A stretch of 59,287 bases of DNA, counting the filler, from Platydemus manokwari (Eukaryota), in assembly GCA_037951405.1 (NCBI GenBank). It is 5 parts of 5 records of this genome, joined end to end, with 100 filler letters (N's around TTAATTAATTAA, not from the genome) between each part and the next. Parts side by side here need not be neighbours in the genome. Positions count along the whole stretch, not along the records: positions 1 to 21,332 come from JBBMOY011366981.1; 4 more parts are not named here. One strand, 5' to 3'. The position numbers were made by a program, and so were the translations under genes. Of this stretch, positions 1 to 12,479 are shown piece after piece. Position 1 is the first letter of the stretch. Each line of letters begins with the position of its first letter. The notes under the pieces are model-generated. The model saw only the letters and a list, made by a program, of their open reading frames with translations. It ran no database searches and was not told the origin of the DNA.

Positions 1-519
1 CACAATAATAACAGATACTTTTAGTTGACTTTAATTTCAAAATTATTTTGTATATATTGTGTGACTTTTTCCGTATCCGCGTGACACTGCATTTGTGTGT
101 GTGTTCTATCATTTCTCAAATTTTCTCCGCTGATATCCGATTTTGTTTTTTTAGTTTTTATTGTGTCTCCGTCGAGGATGAAATTACTACTTCGCGTTCA
201 ACCCATCCCTCTTTTTATCATTTCAATCTCATCATTGTTGATCTGCAATACTTTTCCTTTATAATTTTGTTGAGTAAAAATTCCAGAAGTAATTGTTTTA
301 GATGAAATAACTTGAAGCGAAATTGACTGATATTGTACGGTCAGTTGTGCACTTGTCGAGTGCTTTCAATTTGCGAATTATGGTCGGATTATTTGATCAA
401 TGTTAATGAATTGGGATTTCCTCTACAAATATTGATGGCCTTTCAACTTTTGCTATAATGTTCTTATTAATTTGTATTTCAATGTCTAAAATTGAAAAGG
501 AATAAATATGCAAGCGAAA

Positions 520-790
520 ATTATAAAATTCACTAATTCAAAAACAGCTTAAGACTTATCAATTTTAGTAATAGTTTGTAAAAAATATCTCGTGCAAAAA
601 TATAGAAACTTTACTTAATATCAAAACAGAACAGCAATGAAGAACTTTAATTCCACAATCAAAGTCAAATCTCTACAAGTGACAATATTTATAATAAATA
701 CTTTGTTTATAATCTACTACCTCTTTTTATTTTGTTAGTTTCAAGGAATGAGTCATTTATGTATATTGTATCATTGTAATATTGTAACTC
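520..790 (+). repeat. Unassigned dispersed repeat family A, copy 1 (3' part)
   Basis: Core 'caaaaatatagaa...ttccacaatcaaa...ctctacaagtgacaatattt...tcatttatgtat' recurs at ~13090-13265 (+) and as the reverse complement at ~1915-2100 and ~5140-5340. Confidence 0.85.
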
Positions 791-1859
791 TTTATTAAAA
801 AATAAAATGAATATATCTGAGCTTACATTAATAAATGTTGAGTGTTCAACCGCATAAATTTAGAGATATAATTATTTTTGAATTTTCGGAGAACTTTTCA
901 GATGAATGTAGAATATATAAAAATAAATTCTTTGTTGTAACTGTGACTTCTAAAATAATGAAAATTTTGAATCCTTCTGACTTTAATAAACCAAACATTA
1001 CAAAGCAAAATTAAATTAAATAACCAATAATTAAATATCCGTTATTTGTGGCGTGTCATATATCATATAAATTATCGGTGTTATTGACGTATTTTTACGT
1101 TGCATTTAATGACGTTTTCTTCGGCTGACATTTGTTTCAATCTTCTTTATTACCCTTTGTTTGTTATTGAATAATTTGTATAATTATCTTGGATTTATAT
1201 TTTTTACAAATTTTTATTAAAAAAAAATTATAGTTTTAAAGAGAAATATTTAATAAAATTTATATTTTGTTTGGTGGATCACAATAACAGCCAAATATCC
1301 ATGAAAAAAATTCTTATAAGGAGGTTGCTAATATATTTTATACAAAAAATTCTCACGAAATTCAATCTTATAATTTAAAAGCGTTGGGTAAATAAGCTTA
1401 CTTCAAGAACTGAAACGTTAAAAATTAATGAAATTAATGAAACATAATAGCGAAAAGGATAAACATTTTTGAAATAAATTATTTATAGTGAAAAATTTGC
1501 AGTTGGTATTAAACTATTATCAATTGTTTTAGTATATAATATCACTTTTCTGCAAATTATGAGAAAATAAAACGATTACTTTACTTATAAAATATATGGT
1601 TTCATTCTTTTATATTTATAATTGAGTCCTTATTAATTTGAAATAATTTTTAATATAGGGTTAATGTTAATATCTTAATTAATTTATGGTTATTTATTAA
1701 TAAATGTTTCTCTACTTTTTTCGAATGAATTCCATACAAATTTTATAATTATTTCGACTTTTACTTTTTAATTTTTTTTTATTTATCAACGATTGTGAGC
1801 ATATCATCAAGAATTTTATTTTTTTGTTTTGATAAATTGATCAAAAACCAAAATATAAA

Positions 1860-2110
1860 CTAAAATTATTACAATAACGTAAAATACATTCAATAAAATT
1901 CACAATAATGATTGATACAATATACATCAATGACTCATTATTGGGAAGTTTCAAAATAAAAAGACGAAGTAGATTAGGAGCAAAATGTTTATTTTAAATA
2001 TTGTCACATGCAGAGCTTGGAATTTTGATTGTGGAATTGCGCTTTTTCATCACAGTTCTGCTTTCATATTACGAAGTGTTTCTGTACTTTTGAACTTTTT
2101 TTCAATGAAA
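1860..2110 (-). repeat. Repeat family A, copy 2 (inverted)
   Basis: 'aaatattgtcacatgcagagcttggaattttgattgtggaa' is the reverse complement of the family core. Confidence 0.85.
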
Positions 2111-3774
2111 AGGCTTTTAAAGGCTTTTATATCGAAAGGAAATGAATTTGCATCAGTCAAACCAAATAATACCAACCATTAATCGATACATGAGGAAGAA
2201 TGTAATAGAATAAAAACCAGATTTAGTATCTCGAAAACCAATAATAAGGACAAAATCAACTAAAAACATTGACGGGGTGTGTCTGGGCTACTGGGCGCCT
2301 CAACATCGCCGCTCTCTGGTGCAAATAGCACATCTATCTCGAAAAATTCACCACACCGTTTTGATCCAATTACCTGATTCTCTGACATATCATATCATCA
2401 GATATCTTTTAAATATTCATCCCAAAACCAAAATTTAATTTCATCAATCAATTGTTCGTCTCAAGCACTGTAAATAGCAAACGTCTACATTCGAACTTTT
2501 AAAAAGTTCATTCAGCCGCAGAGGTTATTTTCACACTGACCAGAATCGTGAATAAACACTGGATCTTTACTTGGTACCAAACACAAATTCATTGAATTTC
2601 CATTATCAGATGTGCGTTTTCAAAATAATAGATACGATTGGATTCTAAGCCATTCAAATTGCAAATGGTCAAAGCCTCAATGATGAAAATTGTCTAATAA
2701 TCGAACTTCGAAAATTTGCAAATGAACACAGTGACTCAGTTTATGAAGAAATAATTGACTTGGTAATAGAAGATGACAATTGCAAAACAAAACATTGGAT
2801 GCACAAGTTAGTGGATAAACCACTTCCTACTACATATTTCATTCCATCAAAAACTGTACTGAAAAACAAACTGAAGAAATTACCAATATTCTCAGTTTAT
2901 ATTTCACAGAATACTCCATCTCAACTAATAACAATCTAAAAGACAACAAAGACTACATTATTGACAAATTCAACTTTAAACAGTTCAGAGATACAAACTA
3001 CGTTCCCTCAATCACCAATATTGCCAGCTCTGTTTGTGTATTCGTTTACCCACGTATCAAAACAACCAGTTTAATTCATCATACTGAAGGATCAGACCAA
3101 TGAAATAAAAGTCAATCCTAGGCCAGCAAATTTACAGAATATCTGAACACATTTTTCAACACTTAACAGATTCATCAAATGTAAAAGAAATCTTTTCCAA
3201 ACTTACTAATAACGCAATATAAATTTGAATTGATCAATTTCAGTAACAATTGACAAAACTTTCAAGTTCAAATCTAATCATCCATAAACAATCATGAGGT
3301 AACTCATTAAAAAGACACTTGATGCAACTCCCATGATGAATAGTAAAATATCGATACAGGGCATTAAAGCCTTCGTCAGAACAGAAAAACTCGTTCACAA
3401 CATGTGATCCAAGATTCGTCAATCAATACCGTCTTTGATGACAGCTGTAAATATATTCCAGTTTTGAAAAAAAGGATTAAATTAAAGATGCCAAATACGT
3501 TTACTGCTTAGTTCATCCTAAATTCTTCTATCTATACTTGATAATCATCGACCTTGGCATATGGGAATACTATGTTCTTTAATCATTATCTGCAAAGAAT
3601 AATGAAAATCTCTTCATGTAGTGCAGTGACATTGTTAAAAAGCTTATGGAATTTGCAATTATCAACGTTGCTTGAAAACTCGGTCAAAATGAATGACTTC
3701 ATATCACCAAAAGATCTTTTCAACCATCTACTAATATGCGGTTGCATTGAAACCTATGTATCGGAATAACTGCT

Positions 3775-4115
3775 AATGGATTTGAACAATCCAAATATAT
3801 CAGAGAAATTTGAAAGTTGCCTAAACTCTAAATTGTTTACAAACATCTACACCAAAAGATTGAAAATAATCTTATAAACAAAGCCTTCAATGAAATTCAG
3901 AATGATAAATTGTAACTCAATTCTTGCAACATGCATTGAGGTTGATTCAGAATCAATGAATATTATCATGGCACCGAATATTCTAGTTCGACCAAAAAAC
4001 ACAATATAATACAAACCATACTTGGGTAATAATAAGGATTTTCAGCTTCCAAAAAAAACCAAAACTTTGTCTTTTATTCAATTCTAAGATGAAGCATACA
4101 ATTGACAAAATATTC
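3775..4115 (+). pseudogene. Decayed unknown protein-coding segment, family B copy 1
   Basis: Aligns by eye with 7875-8215. Shared peptide MDLN..SxKFExCLNS...KAFNE..ND...TILGN...FQLP, with stops and frameshifts. Confidence 0.65.
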
Positions 4116-5109
4116 ACTAATTCGAGCAATGTCAAACCAATGGATATTAATTTTCATTTCTAACTTAAATTTTCTCTATCACTTTCTTATTTCTTTTGAA
4201 TTGAAATGAATCATTGAAGATTTCTTTATTAGATCATTAAAATATTGGTCATTTGTAATGGATAATGCTCTTATTTATCGTTAGTTTCCTGTCTAAATTT
4301 GGCCATTAAATATAGTTTTTTCTGCAGGTTTATCTGAAACACTTTATCACGTAATAAATATAAACTATTTCGGAATGTGCACAACGATTCATTTCCATAA
4401 AAAAGTTTTTGAATGAACAATTATTAATAATTTTGAAGAAATCGACGTTTTAAGATCATTCCATCCATCAGCCAACGGATGCTTATAATAGTATGTTATC
4501 AAATAAAACTATCGAAAAGATTATTATAATATGCAGTATGTTAAAATAGTAAATCAACACATCAAATTTGTCCCTGAAAAATATTTCATTACGGCTCAGA
4601 TTGAATTGTAATTAATAATGTTGCCACCAAAATTCTGAATAACTAAGTAGTTGTTAAGGTCTAAAACGATTATATATTATGGTCAATGAATTCAGAATTA
4701 TACGACATGTTTTTGAAAATAAGGATTATTGAGATAAAACGATTAATAACGTATGTCTTTATTAATAATTTATTACCGATTTCACATTGCCGCAAATTTA
4801 AACACTATACAGGTTGGTATGGGCAAAAATTGAGTTAAATTAAATTAAATTTGCTATTGATGATAAATTTCTCAGAATAAATTAATTCAGAATAAATCTT
4901 TTAGTCTTTGCTAATTGGAAATACCTTTTATTAATATGATTTAATATCTTAGTTAATTTGGGGTAATTTATTATTATTAAATTTTATATATTTTAATTTA
5001 TTAAAGACTGTAAGCATATATTTAATTATATTTTTATATTATTATGTTAAATTGATAAAAATTAAATATAAATAAATAAATATAAATATAAACTAAACTT
5101 ATTACACCA

Positions 5110-5700
5110 AAAAAATAATAAAATACAAAACAATAATTATAACAATATACGTTAAGGACCCTTTATTGGATTGCTACAAAATAAAAAGATGTATTAGATG
5201 ATAAACAAAAAGTTTTTATTCTAAATATTGTCACTTGTAGAGCTTGAAATTTGATTGTGGAATTTCATTTCTTCATTAATGTTCTGCATTGATATTACCT
5301 AAATTTTCAATATTTTTGAATGAAAAGTTTGTTACAAAATATTGCTGAAATTGATAACCTTTATACTGTTTTTAAATGAGTAATTTTATAAGTTTCACTT
5401 ACATATTTACTCTTTTTCGATTTAATTGATGATTCATATCCAGATGTTAGATTTGTTTTTTTCTTGTCATTCTCTTATTTTTCATTTCTGATAATTTTGA
5501 AAGACGGTAAAACACTTTTTCTAAACCTTCGATGAATTAATGTCAAAAATAATTTTCTAGTGAAATTTAATTAAAAACATTGCTAGTGGATTAAACAATC
5601 AACTTGAATCATGCATAAAAACAACCGAATCCGCATGTTTGCTGAGTTCTAATTTCTTTTAGCAAATATATGTTTGAGATTTTCACAGAATTAAGTTGAC
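5110..5700 (-). repeat. Repeat family A, copy 3 (inverted, long)
   Basis: Reverse complement aligns with ~12720-13280 (e.g. 'aacaaccgaatccgcat' vs 'atgcggattcagttgtt'; 'tttctgataattttgaaagacgg' vs 'ccgtcattgaaaattgtcagaaa'). Confidence 0.85.
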
Positions 5701-5879
5701 CACTTTCCTAATATAAAGCCCATTAAATAATTTAATATTATATAAAAATGTAAAAAGCTTCACGAATTCGGATCTGACGTGTTTTTATAAGATCCATGCA
5801 ATCAAAATCATAATGTTTCTAATACTGTCATTTGCTTATTGGACTAAGGTAATACGGGTAGTGACCCTTTAAGCTAAAA

Positions 5880-6090
5880 AGACCGAAGTACGTCTAGAAT
5901 TAAACAAAACCAATGCGCAGAAATCAGAAAACGCTTAAGGAAAATTCTATCTTTACCACAACAAGCTGCATCTAGAAAGGTCTACATAAATTCAAAGAAT
6001 AGCGATGCAGAACTATGTGATCTGTTTGACGAAGATCATGGACAGCAAATTATTCAAGCATACAAAGTGCTAAATTCACGAGACATTATG
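5880..6090 (+). mobile_element. Non-LTR retrotransposon fragment (R2/NeSL-like post-RT thumb region)
   Basis: Translates RKILSLPQQAASRKVYINSKNSDAELCDLFDEDHGQQIIQAYKVLNSRD. This resembles the RKWLxLP...lY.p...GG.GL.......A.kLLnS.D pattern of R2/NeSL clades. Confidence 0.55.
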
Positions 6091-6129
6091 CTAAATTCAT
6101 GAGACATTATACTAAAACTAGCGCATGTT

Positions 6130-6470
6130 GCACAAATTGTAAAAGCGAAAAAGTGTTAACGTACTACGCCTGCCACAGAGTACAGTGCATATCGAGAAAT
6201 TATCCAACACCATAGGTGTCGTAGATGTCATTACCAAGGGCATAATGATAGTGAATATTATACGAATCTAGAGAGAAAAGAACAATAAAGATTCAAATAC
6301 CAACAAGGGATATCAATAAACCAACGAAGGATCGATCACAGACAGAGTACCGTAAGAAGACGGTCCATAAACAGACAAAATCAAGGAATGGTGAACCGAA
6401 ATAATAGACATGTAGCTGCAGTAGAATAGGAATTGAATTTGAATGCAGCATAGAACACCCAAACTAGATT
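6130..6470 (+). mobile_element. Degenerate Gypsy gag fragment (zinc-knuckle region)
   Basis: Clear paralog of 17385-17735 ('tacgcctgccac', 'cgtagatgtca', 'agtgaatatta', 'gaatggtgaaccgaaataatag'). Confidence 0.85.
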
Positions 6471-6959
6471 AAAATTAAGATTTTTGATGGAACCGAACAT
6501 TAAAAATTCTGTAGTTGTATTCCAATCTGAAATAGAAATTTTACAAAATCAAATTGAATAAAAAATGAGTTATTTTAAATTGAAATTTAAAAATGTCATG
6601 CAAAATAATCAAGATATAAATATGCTTTTAAGAGTGTGCAATGTCGTTCAAATGCAATGTCAATTTCAAATCAAAATATATTTGGAAAATACAATAAAAT
6701 ATGAAAGGAAGAAAATGAAAAAAAAGATGCTGATAAAAAAAATTAAGAAAACCGTAAAAATCTGTCACTGTTTTGTCACATTTTGTATATTTAATTGTGT
6801 AAATATACAAAATGTGACAAAACACAAACATACACCTAGCACTGCTAAATATACTGGCATCCATGTCAAGACAAGAGCAGTGAACAATATGTAGTTGTGC
6901 TTTTCGAAAACAAAATCAGAAGATTAATATAAAATGATAGGATCACGTGGTATAGAAAA

Positions 6960-7432
6960 TGTTCTCTCAAGATCTCGCTGAGTAACTAAATATTTGACTA
7001 AAATAAAGTCAGCATCAATTCTTTAACCATTTCTCCCATTATGTGCACCTGTATTCATGAATTGGAAAAGAATCTTTGTTGAATTCTCTGAAAAACAACC
7101 AGAAGAACTTAAGTCACCAATGACATTTTTGTATTATAATGGCTCAAAACCTGATCGAAAAAAACCCACGAAAGAACCAAAACATGAAAACAGTCAATTG
7201 TTAAGTTAACATCAAACAATAGTATAAACGAGATCTATTACTAAAGTTAAGTTGGGTCTTTTAAAAACAAAATTAAAAGAAAATTGGAAAGTGATACGAG
7301 CACTAAGCAACGACGATATCATCTCAAGATATCGACGAGTAACTACACATTTGTCTGAAAATAAAGTAGCATTAAATCTGAAACCAGTTTTCTAAGCATG
7401 ATCGCGTGTATTCATAAATGAAAAGAGAATCA
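6960..7432 (+). repeat. Diverged direct duplication (~115-bp units at ~6960-7075 and ~7320-7432)
   Basis: 'tctcaagat...gagtaacta...aaaataaagt.agcat...tgtattcat...agaatc' occurs twice, about 360 bp apart. Confidence 0.7.
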
Positions 7433-7609
7433 TCAAAGATATCTGTAAAAAAATAAATGGTCTGACAGAATAGACATTTTGGAGACAAACTTATTCTAGC
7501 GTTGGCTTCTGTAAGCAAATATCAATTTGAAAACTTCACGAAATTAAGCCGATCAATTTCATTTCAAAAGACACTATAAAGCGCAATGAATACCTGAATA
7601 AAATTTCAT

Positions 7610-7740
7610 TGACATTATTCAAATAAAACAGACTTTCCAATTATTTAATGAAGCGGGAAACAGAGGTTGTAGACTGCATTCTTCGTTTCCCGGAAATTGT
7701 TGTTGTTTGCTAACGCTATATGAATAATTGCACAGGCAAT
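7610..7740 (-). repeat. Repeat family A, 5' portion (inverted)
   Basis: Reverse complement 'gaaacgaagaatgcagtctacaa...ggaaagtctgttt' matches ~12570-12632 'gaaacaaagaatgcagtccacaa...agaaagtctgttt'. Confidence 0.7.
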
Positions 7741-7874
7741 TTTCATAAATAAACGTTATAAATAGTGATTATTTTCAAATTTTGATAAAATTTGATAGAC
7801 AGAAAACGAATTTTTTAGTCAAACCATATACAAATATACATTTATATTGAAAACTATGCATTTTGAATATTGTC

Positions 7875-8215
7875 AATGGATTTGAACTTCGATGATTTAT
7901 CAAAGAAATTTGAGGATTGCCTAAACTCTTAATTGTTAACGGTTGTTTACACCAAAGGTCGAAAATAATGTCAATAGCAAAGCCTTCAATGAAACAAAGA
8001 ATGATGAATTGAAATTCAATTCCGACAACATGTACAAAAGTTCATTAAGTAACAAAGAATGCTATCCTGGTTTCAAATATACAAGTTTAAACAAAGAATC
8101 CCACAGCTCAATAGAAACTATACTTGGGTAACAAAACTACTTTTCAGCTGCCTTAAAAATCAAAAATTTGCATCTTATTCAATACAAAGATGAAACACAC
8201 CATTGACAAAATATT
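7875..8215 (+). pseudogene. Family B copy 2
   Basis: Paralog of 3775-4115; includes ORF 7943-8131. Confidence 0.65.
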
Positions 8216-8498
8216 AATTTATAAAAAGTCCAGTTTTTCAAATACCTACTTCAGCATCCGAAAACTGGCCAATTCTTCAAACATGTTAAGACAACTCAAA
8301 ATACATTAAATAATTATCTGATCAGTAAATACTTGTAATCAATATAATTTTCCTTTTATCCAGATTTCCAAGTTAAAAATTGATCAGAAACATAATGATC
8401 TGGATCAAATTTTTTATACTTATATAACTATTCCTATTGCATCAGCTAAAATATTTACATCTTTCTTTAAACATAATATATATGAATGTGAAAATAGA

Positions 8499-8749
8499 AG
8501 AGAACAAACGCAAATAAATAAACAGAGTTTACATAATTTAATGAATGAATGGACTCTGACCATTGCAAATCAATATGACTATGCATACAAAAATAATAAA
8601 GAAGTTGAAGTTACTAATCAAAGTGATAAATATTCACGAAGGTTTGATAATATGTATCCAGAGGATCAATTTGCAAGTGATATTATGAGAATATGTTATT
8701 CTAATAGAAAATACTAATTTGATAAATTTTAATTATAATGCTGTTATGG
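8499..8749 (+). repeat. Recent ~250-bp duplication (family C), copy 1
   Basis: Near-identical to 15907-16157. Reads EQTQINKQSLHNLMNEWTLTIANQYDYAYKNNKEVEV... Confidence 0.9.
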
Positions 8750-8774
8750 AAGAACGAATAAAATGGTAAAATTT

Positions 8775-9030
8775 TAACAAAATGTTTTCTATAAAGTCAA
8801 AATCTTATCGTTAGTGTCTATACAATGGCAAAACCGAAATTAAAAATAAAGGGATTAAAATCAATAAAGAAATGAATATGGATTTATTTAAAAAAAATTA
8901 TTTTATAATAAAAAAGATGATAGAGATGTAGTGTGTTACATATATATTGTTAAAATACTATACATTTGTAAAACTTTTTGAGTTAATAAATATTAATATT
9001 CTACAATTCTCTTTCGCAAAGCATCACGAG
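8775..9030 (+). pseudogene. Probable C-terminal remnant of protein-primed family-B DNA polymerase (Polinton/adintovirus)
   Basis: KMFSIKSKSYR*CLYNGKTEIKNKGIKINKEMNMDLFKK resembles the pPolB 'F....pKxY.....gk...K.KG' motif. Confidence 0.45.
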
Positions 9031-9099
9031 AAAATTTAGAAATAGCTCGATTAATTTTCAAAATACTACCTATTTTTAATGATTAAAATGTGAAAGAAT

Positions 9100-9830
9100 C
9101 CCTTTCTTCAGTGGACAAATATGCAGAAGCAATGCAAATTATGTAAAATTTGAGAAACAAATTCATATTAAATTATGGTGATCCTGGTGTAAAATAGGAA
9201 ATAAAATCAGATTTAATTTACACAGGATAGTTATTTTCAATTGGGACAATTCTTGTCGATATATACAAGACGTCAGTAATAACACTATATAAGATGGTTG
9301 GGACACTTTATTAATAACCGTCAGAGTCCATCAAATAATTTTCAAAAAGTGTAGAAATTTCCGTGGCTGAAATTAACATAGAATATAAATAAGAGGTCTT
9401 TAAGAAAATATTCATCAAAGGGCTTCTTAATAAGAGCTACAAATTTGGACTGAAGTAATTGAACCAAAAGAATATAGATGAAACCGTCAGACTTATCAAG
9501 GAAGAAACTAATGTCTCGAAACCAGAATCCGAAAATTTGGATGTGCTGTGATTATCTGAAACAAATAAAATCAGACGAGAAGGACATCATTGGCAGATTA
9601 AAGGCTTAGAATTTAAGGCCAAGCATAAATAGCTAAATTAAATAAGCGCCAAAACTCTTTGAAAATTAGATTGCAAGAAAAATCAATAGACGACGTAATT
9701 TGTTTCAAGTGTAAACAAAAAGAACATTATGCTCTTTTTTGTAAGACAATTGAATGTTTTCAATGTAGTGGTCCCCATCTGCAAAGATTCTGTGGTACAG
9801 AAGACAAAAACTCAAATAACAAATAAAAAA
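9100..9830 (+). mobile_element. Degenerate retrotransposon gag (second family) with two CCHC knuckles
   Basis: ~9690-9800 translates DDVICFKCKQKEHYALFCKTIECFQCSGPHLQRFCG. Upstream KIFIKGL is typical of Gypsy gag. Confidence 0.7.
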
Positions 9831-9959
9831 GCATCAGATCAGATGAGGACAATGCCTCAAACTTAGATACACTTTCTGAGAAAGATTGTAATATGTTGAA
9901 TATGTGTGACCTGTCTTCGATATAGGTGTCCGTTGACTAATTTTTTCTGTGACCTGATT

Positions 9960-11400
9960 AGTTAATGATTTGTTAATTTATCTTAATATTCTTGCTACTG
10001 GACTCATTTCTATTTGTTCTCCTTGAATTATCAACTTTAAATTACTTCTCTCATAGTACCCAATGTTTATGAGTTTTTATTACTTTCATATGTTCTATCA
10101 TCCGCTGATTCCCAAGTTTGTTGATTTCTAATATTCGATTTTCTTATTATCTATACTATGCAAGATCAATCATCTTTACCAAAAGATCTTTGTCCATTAT
10201 TGCCATTCTACCATATCTAGGCAAAGCTACCAAAGTGATCATTATTATTTATAATCTTGAAATTTCTCTCATATTAATGAAAATTATTCCGTACACTATT
10301 TTTATTATTTGCTGTTATTATCGCTATTATGTCGGTGTAATCATCGATGATTCGATGCATTATCAAGATTGATTGTGATTTTTTACAATTATATTCTTCT
10401 ATTTCTCCATTTACTCGCCTTATAATCCTATTAGGTAGGTTATTAATAATGCTTGCAATATTATTATAAACTTAGAATCTTATAAGACTTTCATGTTATA
10501 ATTGTGCTTTTACTTAGGTAATACTTGCGCTATTTCTTTTTGCACAATTATTTTATTGACTGGACTTTCTAAAAATTGTAGTGTTGCTGACGGTTCACCG
10601 AGTATCTTTTCATCTTCGTTTATAATATTAATTACTTCTATTGCGCTCTCTTACTAGATATTTTTTTTCTTCTTTATTTGTTTTAATCCTAGTTTTATCA
10701 GTACAATGATCTATTGCTTGTCTATACATTCTCTTATTTTTTTCTACAACGTTGATTTTGGCATTAAGTGCTTGTAAATAAATTTTCTCATCTATTTTAT
10801 TTTTGTGATTGAATTCTCTTATTGTCTGTGCATGTATTTGATTTTTCTCTAATACGCGGATTTCGTCATTAAGTGCTTGTGTTTTTTGTTTAATCCTACA
10901 TTCTGGTTCATCTAGACTGTCTTCATGTCTTTCTCTGCTTTCACAATTACTCAAGTTTATCATCAGCTGTTCTTCATCTTCCATTCTTATTCCACAAAGC
11001 TATACTGGGTATGTGATCACATCTATTGTGTTTAGCGCATCTATCCTCTTCTTTCATCAATATCCGTTTACAATAAAGTGCGATGTTTGTTGATTTTCAC
11101 TCTATTTTATGAACAAATTGCTCTGCCATTTCCCTTATTAATTTTTTCGTTCTCAACTATTTATATCCTGTTCTATATTTTACTATTTTCTCTGTGTATC
11201 GATCGATAGTCATTAATTTCCAATTATATGACACACTGTCTTTCATTGCTGATCAAATCTATAGTTATTTCATTTCGTCTGAATTTCATCAAATTATAAT
11301 GCTTGAATTGGTTTTCATTATTCAATATTATCAACACTCAATCTATTTTGTTTTCTCATTTATGATAGGTTTTCCTCGGATAATTTCCTGGCCTACTCTT
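9960..11400 (-). mobile_element. Decayed coding tract, probably retroelement-derived (coiled-coil ORF 10628-10984)
   Basis: Strong purine bias on the minus strand, similar to the Gypsy at 45.3-49 kb. Interrupted E/K/R-rich frames; no diagnostic motif. Confidence 0.35.
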
Positions 11401-11419
11401 TCACCTTACTACATATTTA

Positions 11420-11800
11420 TCTGAAGATCTTCTGCATTGTGAACATCAAGACTGATTTAGAGATCTTTTGAATAAATTGTGATGAGTGCAATGTCATCAT
11501 ATGCAATAACCCTGATTTTGTGTTTAATAGTTGATAATACCGGACGCTAACAACTTCAATGGTTGCAAGGACCGGGTTAATGACTTGAGGGAATAAGAGC
11601 ATTGACAGTGAACATCCTTGCGTTACTCCGAAATTAAGTAGATATACGTTAGATTACATTCAGAAGGGCGTTGTGCTTAATGCAGCACTTATATTTTATT
11701 CCGACTTTTTGTCCAAAGCTTAGAATTTGACTATCCACTGTAGCAATCGATCCTCTGGTATTATAATGAATAGTTTGTAACTGGAATGGGGTAGAGCAAT
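11420..11800 (-). mobile_element. Non-LTR retrotransposon reverse transcriptase remnant
   Basis: Minus strand reads LNFGVTQGCSLSMLLFPQVINPVL, then after a frameshift IRVIAYDDIALI. These are the GVxQGxxLSPxLF and degenerate YADD motifs. Confidence 0.75.
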
Positions 11801-12028
11801 TAGACTTCAATTTGAAGTATTATAATAATTATCTAAATATGGTTTGGGGATATAAAGAAGATATAAAGAAGTAATCGAAGATATTGAAAAGGGATATAAA
11901 AGAAGATGTAAAAGAAGAGATAATGGAAATGTAAAAGAAGATAATACAAGATAGAAGTATTAGATTTTTCGTGTAATGAAATATGTAGAGTATTCGATAC
12001 AGATACAATTAACGAAATCAAAGATTTT

Positions 12029-12225
12029 AAAGAAAGGGGGATGTGAGATATTTCAAATGAATAAAATTTTATATAAATTAAAATTTAAATTCTAATTTTA
12101 TATAAAATCATATTTGTGTAGAATTAGATTTATTTGTTTTAATATTTGTATTTAAATTGATTTGTGGTGCCTTGACTTTTCAGTTCGTTTTTAATGTGTG
12201 GTTTTTAAAATGGTAGCGGCTAACA
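12029..12225 (+). mobile_element. Polypurine tract (12029-12041) plus 3' LTR (12042-12225)
   Basis: AAAGAAAGGGGGA is immediately followed by TG... and the segment ends ...GTAGCGGCTAACA. That end resembles the LTR end (TTAGCAGCTAACA) preceding the PBS at 16752. Confidence 0.65.
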
Positions 12226-12479
12226 ATTAAGACTAACGAAATGAATCTCAATCAAAGAAAATGTAGGTACAAGGAATAGTTAATAATTTCTAAATACTGA
12301 TTGATATTAGAGGGAATCTGATTGGCTATTAATATGTACATTTTGTTAATCTGATTTCCTTTTTAATGCTTAAAACTTTGATAAACTATTTAATTATTAT
12401 TATTTATTATTTATTTTATTATTTTCACATTTTTCTAATGTTTCATCGTTCATATTGTTTTGAAAAAAATTTGGAACAA

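Noticed and set aside
2250-3500. Possible LINE AP-endonuclease remnant (ANVYIR, NGQSL)
   Set aside because: Motifs are too degraded to support a call.
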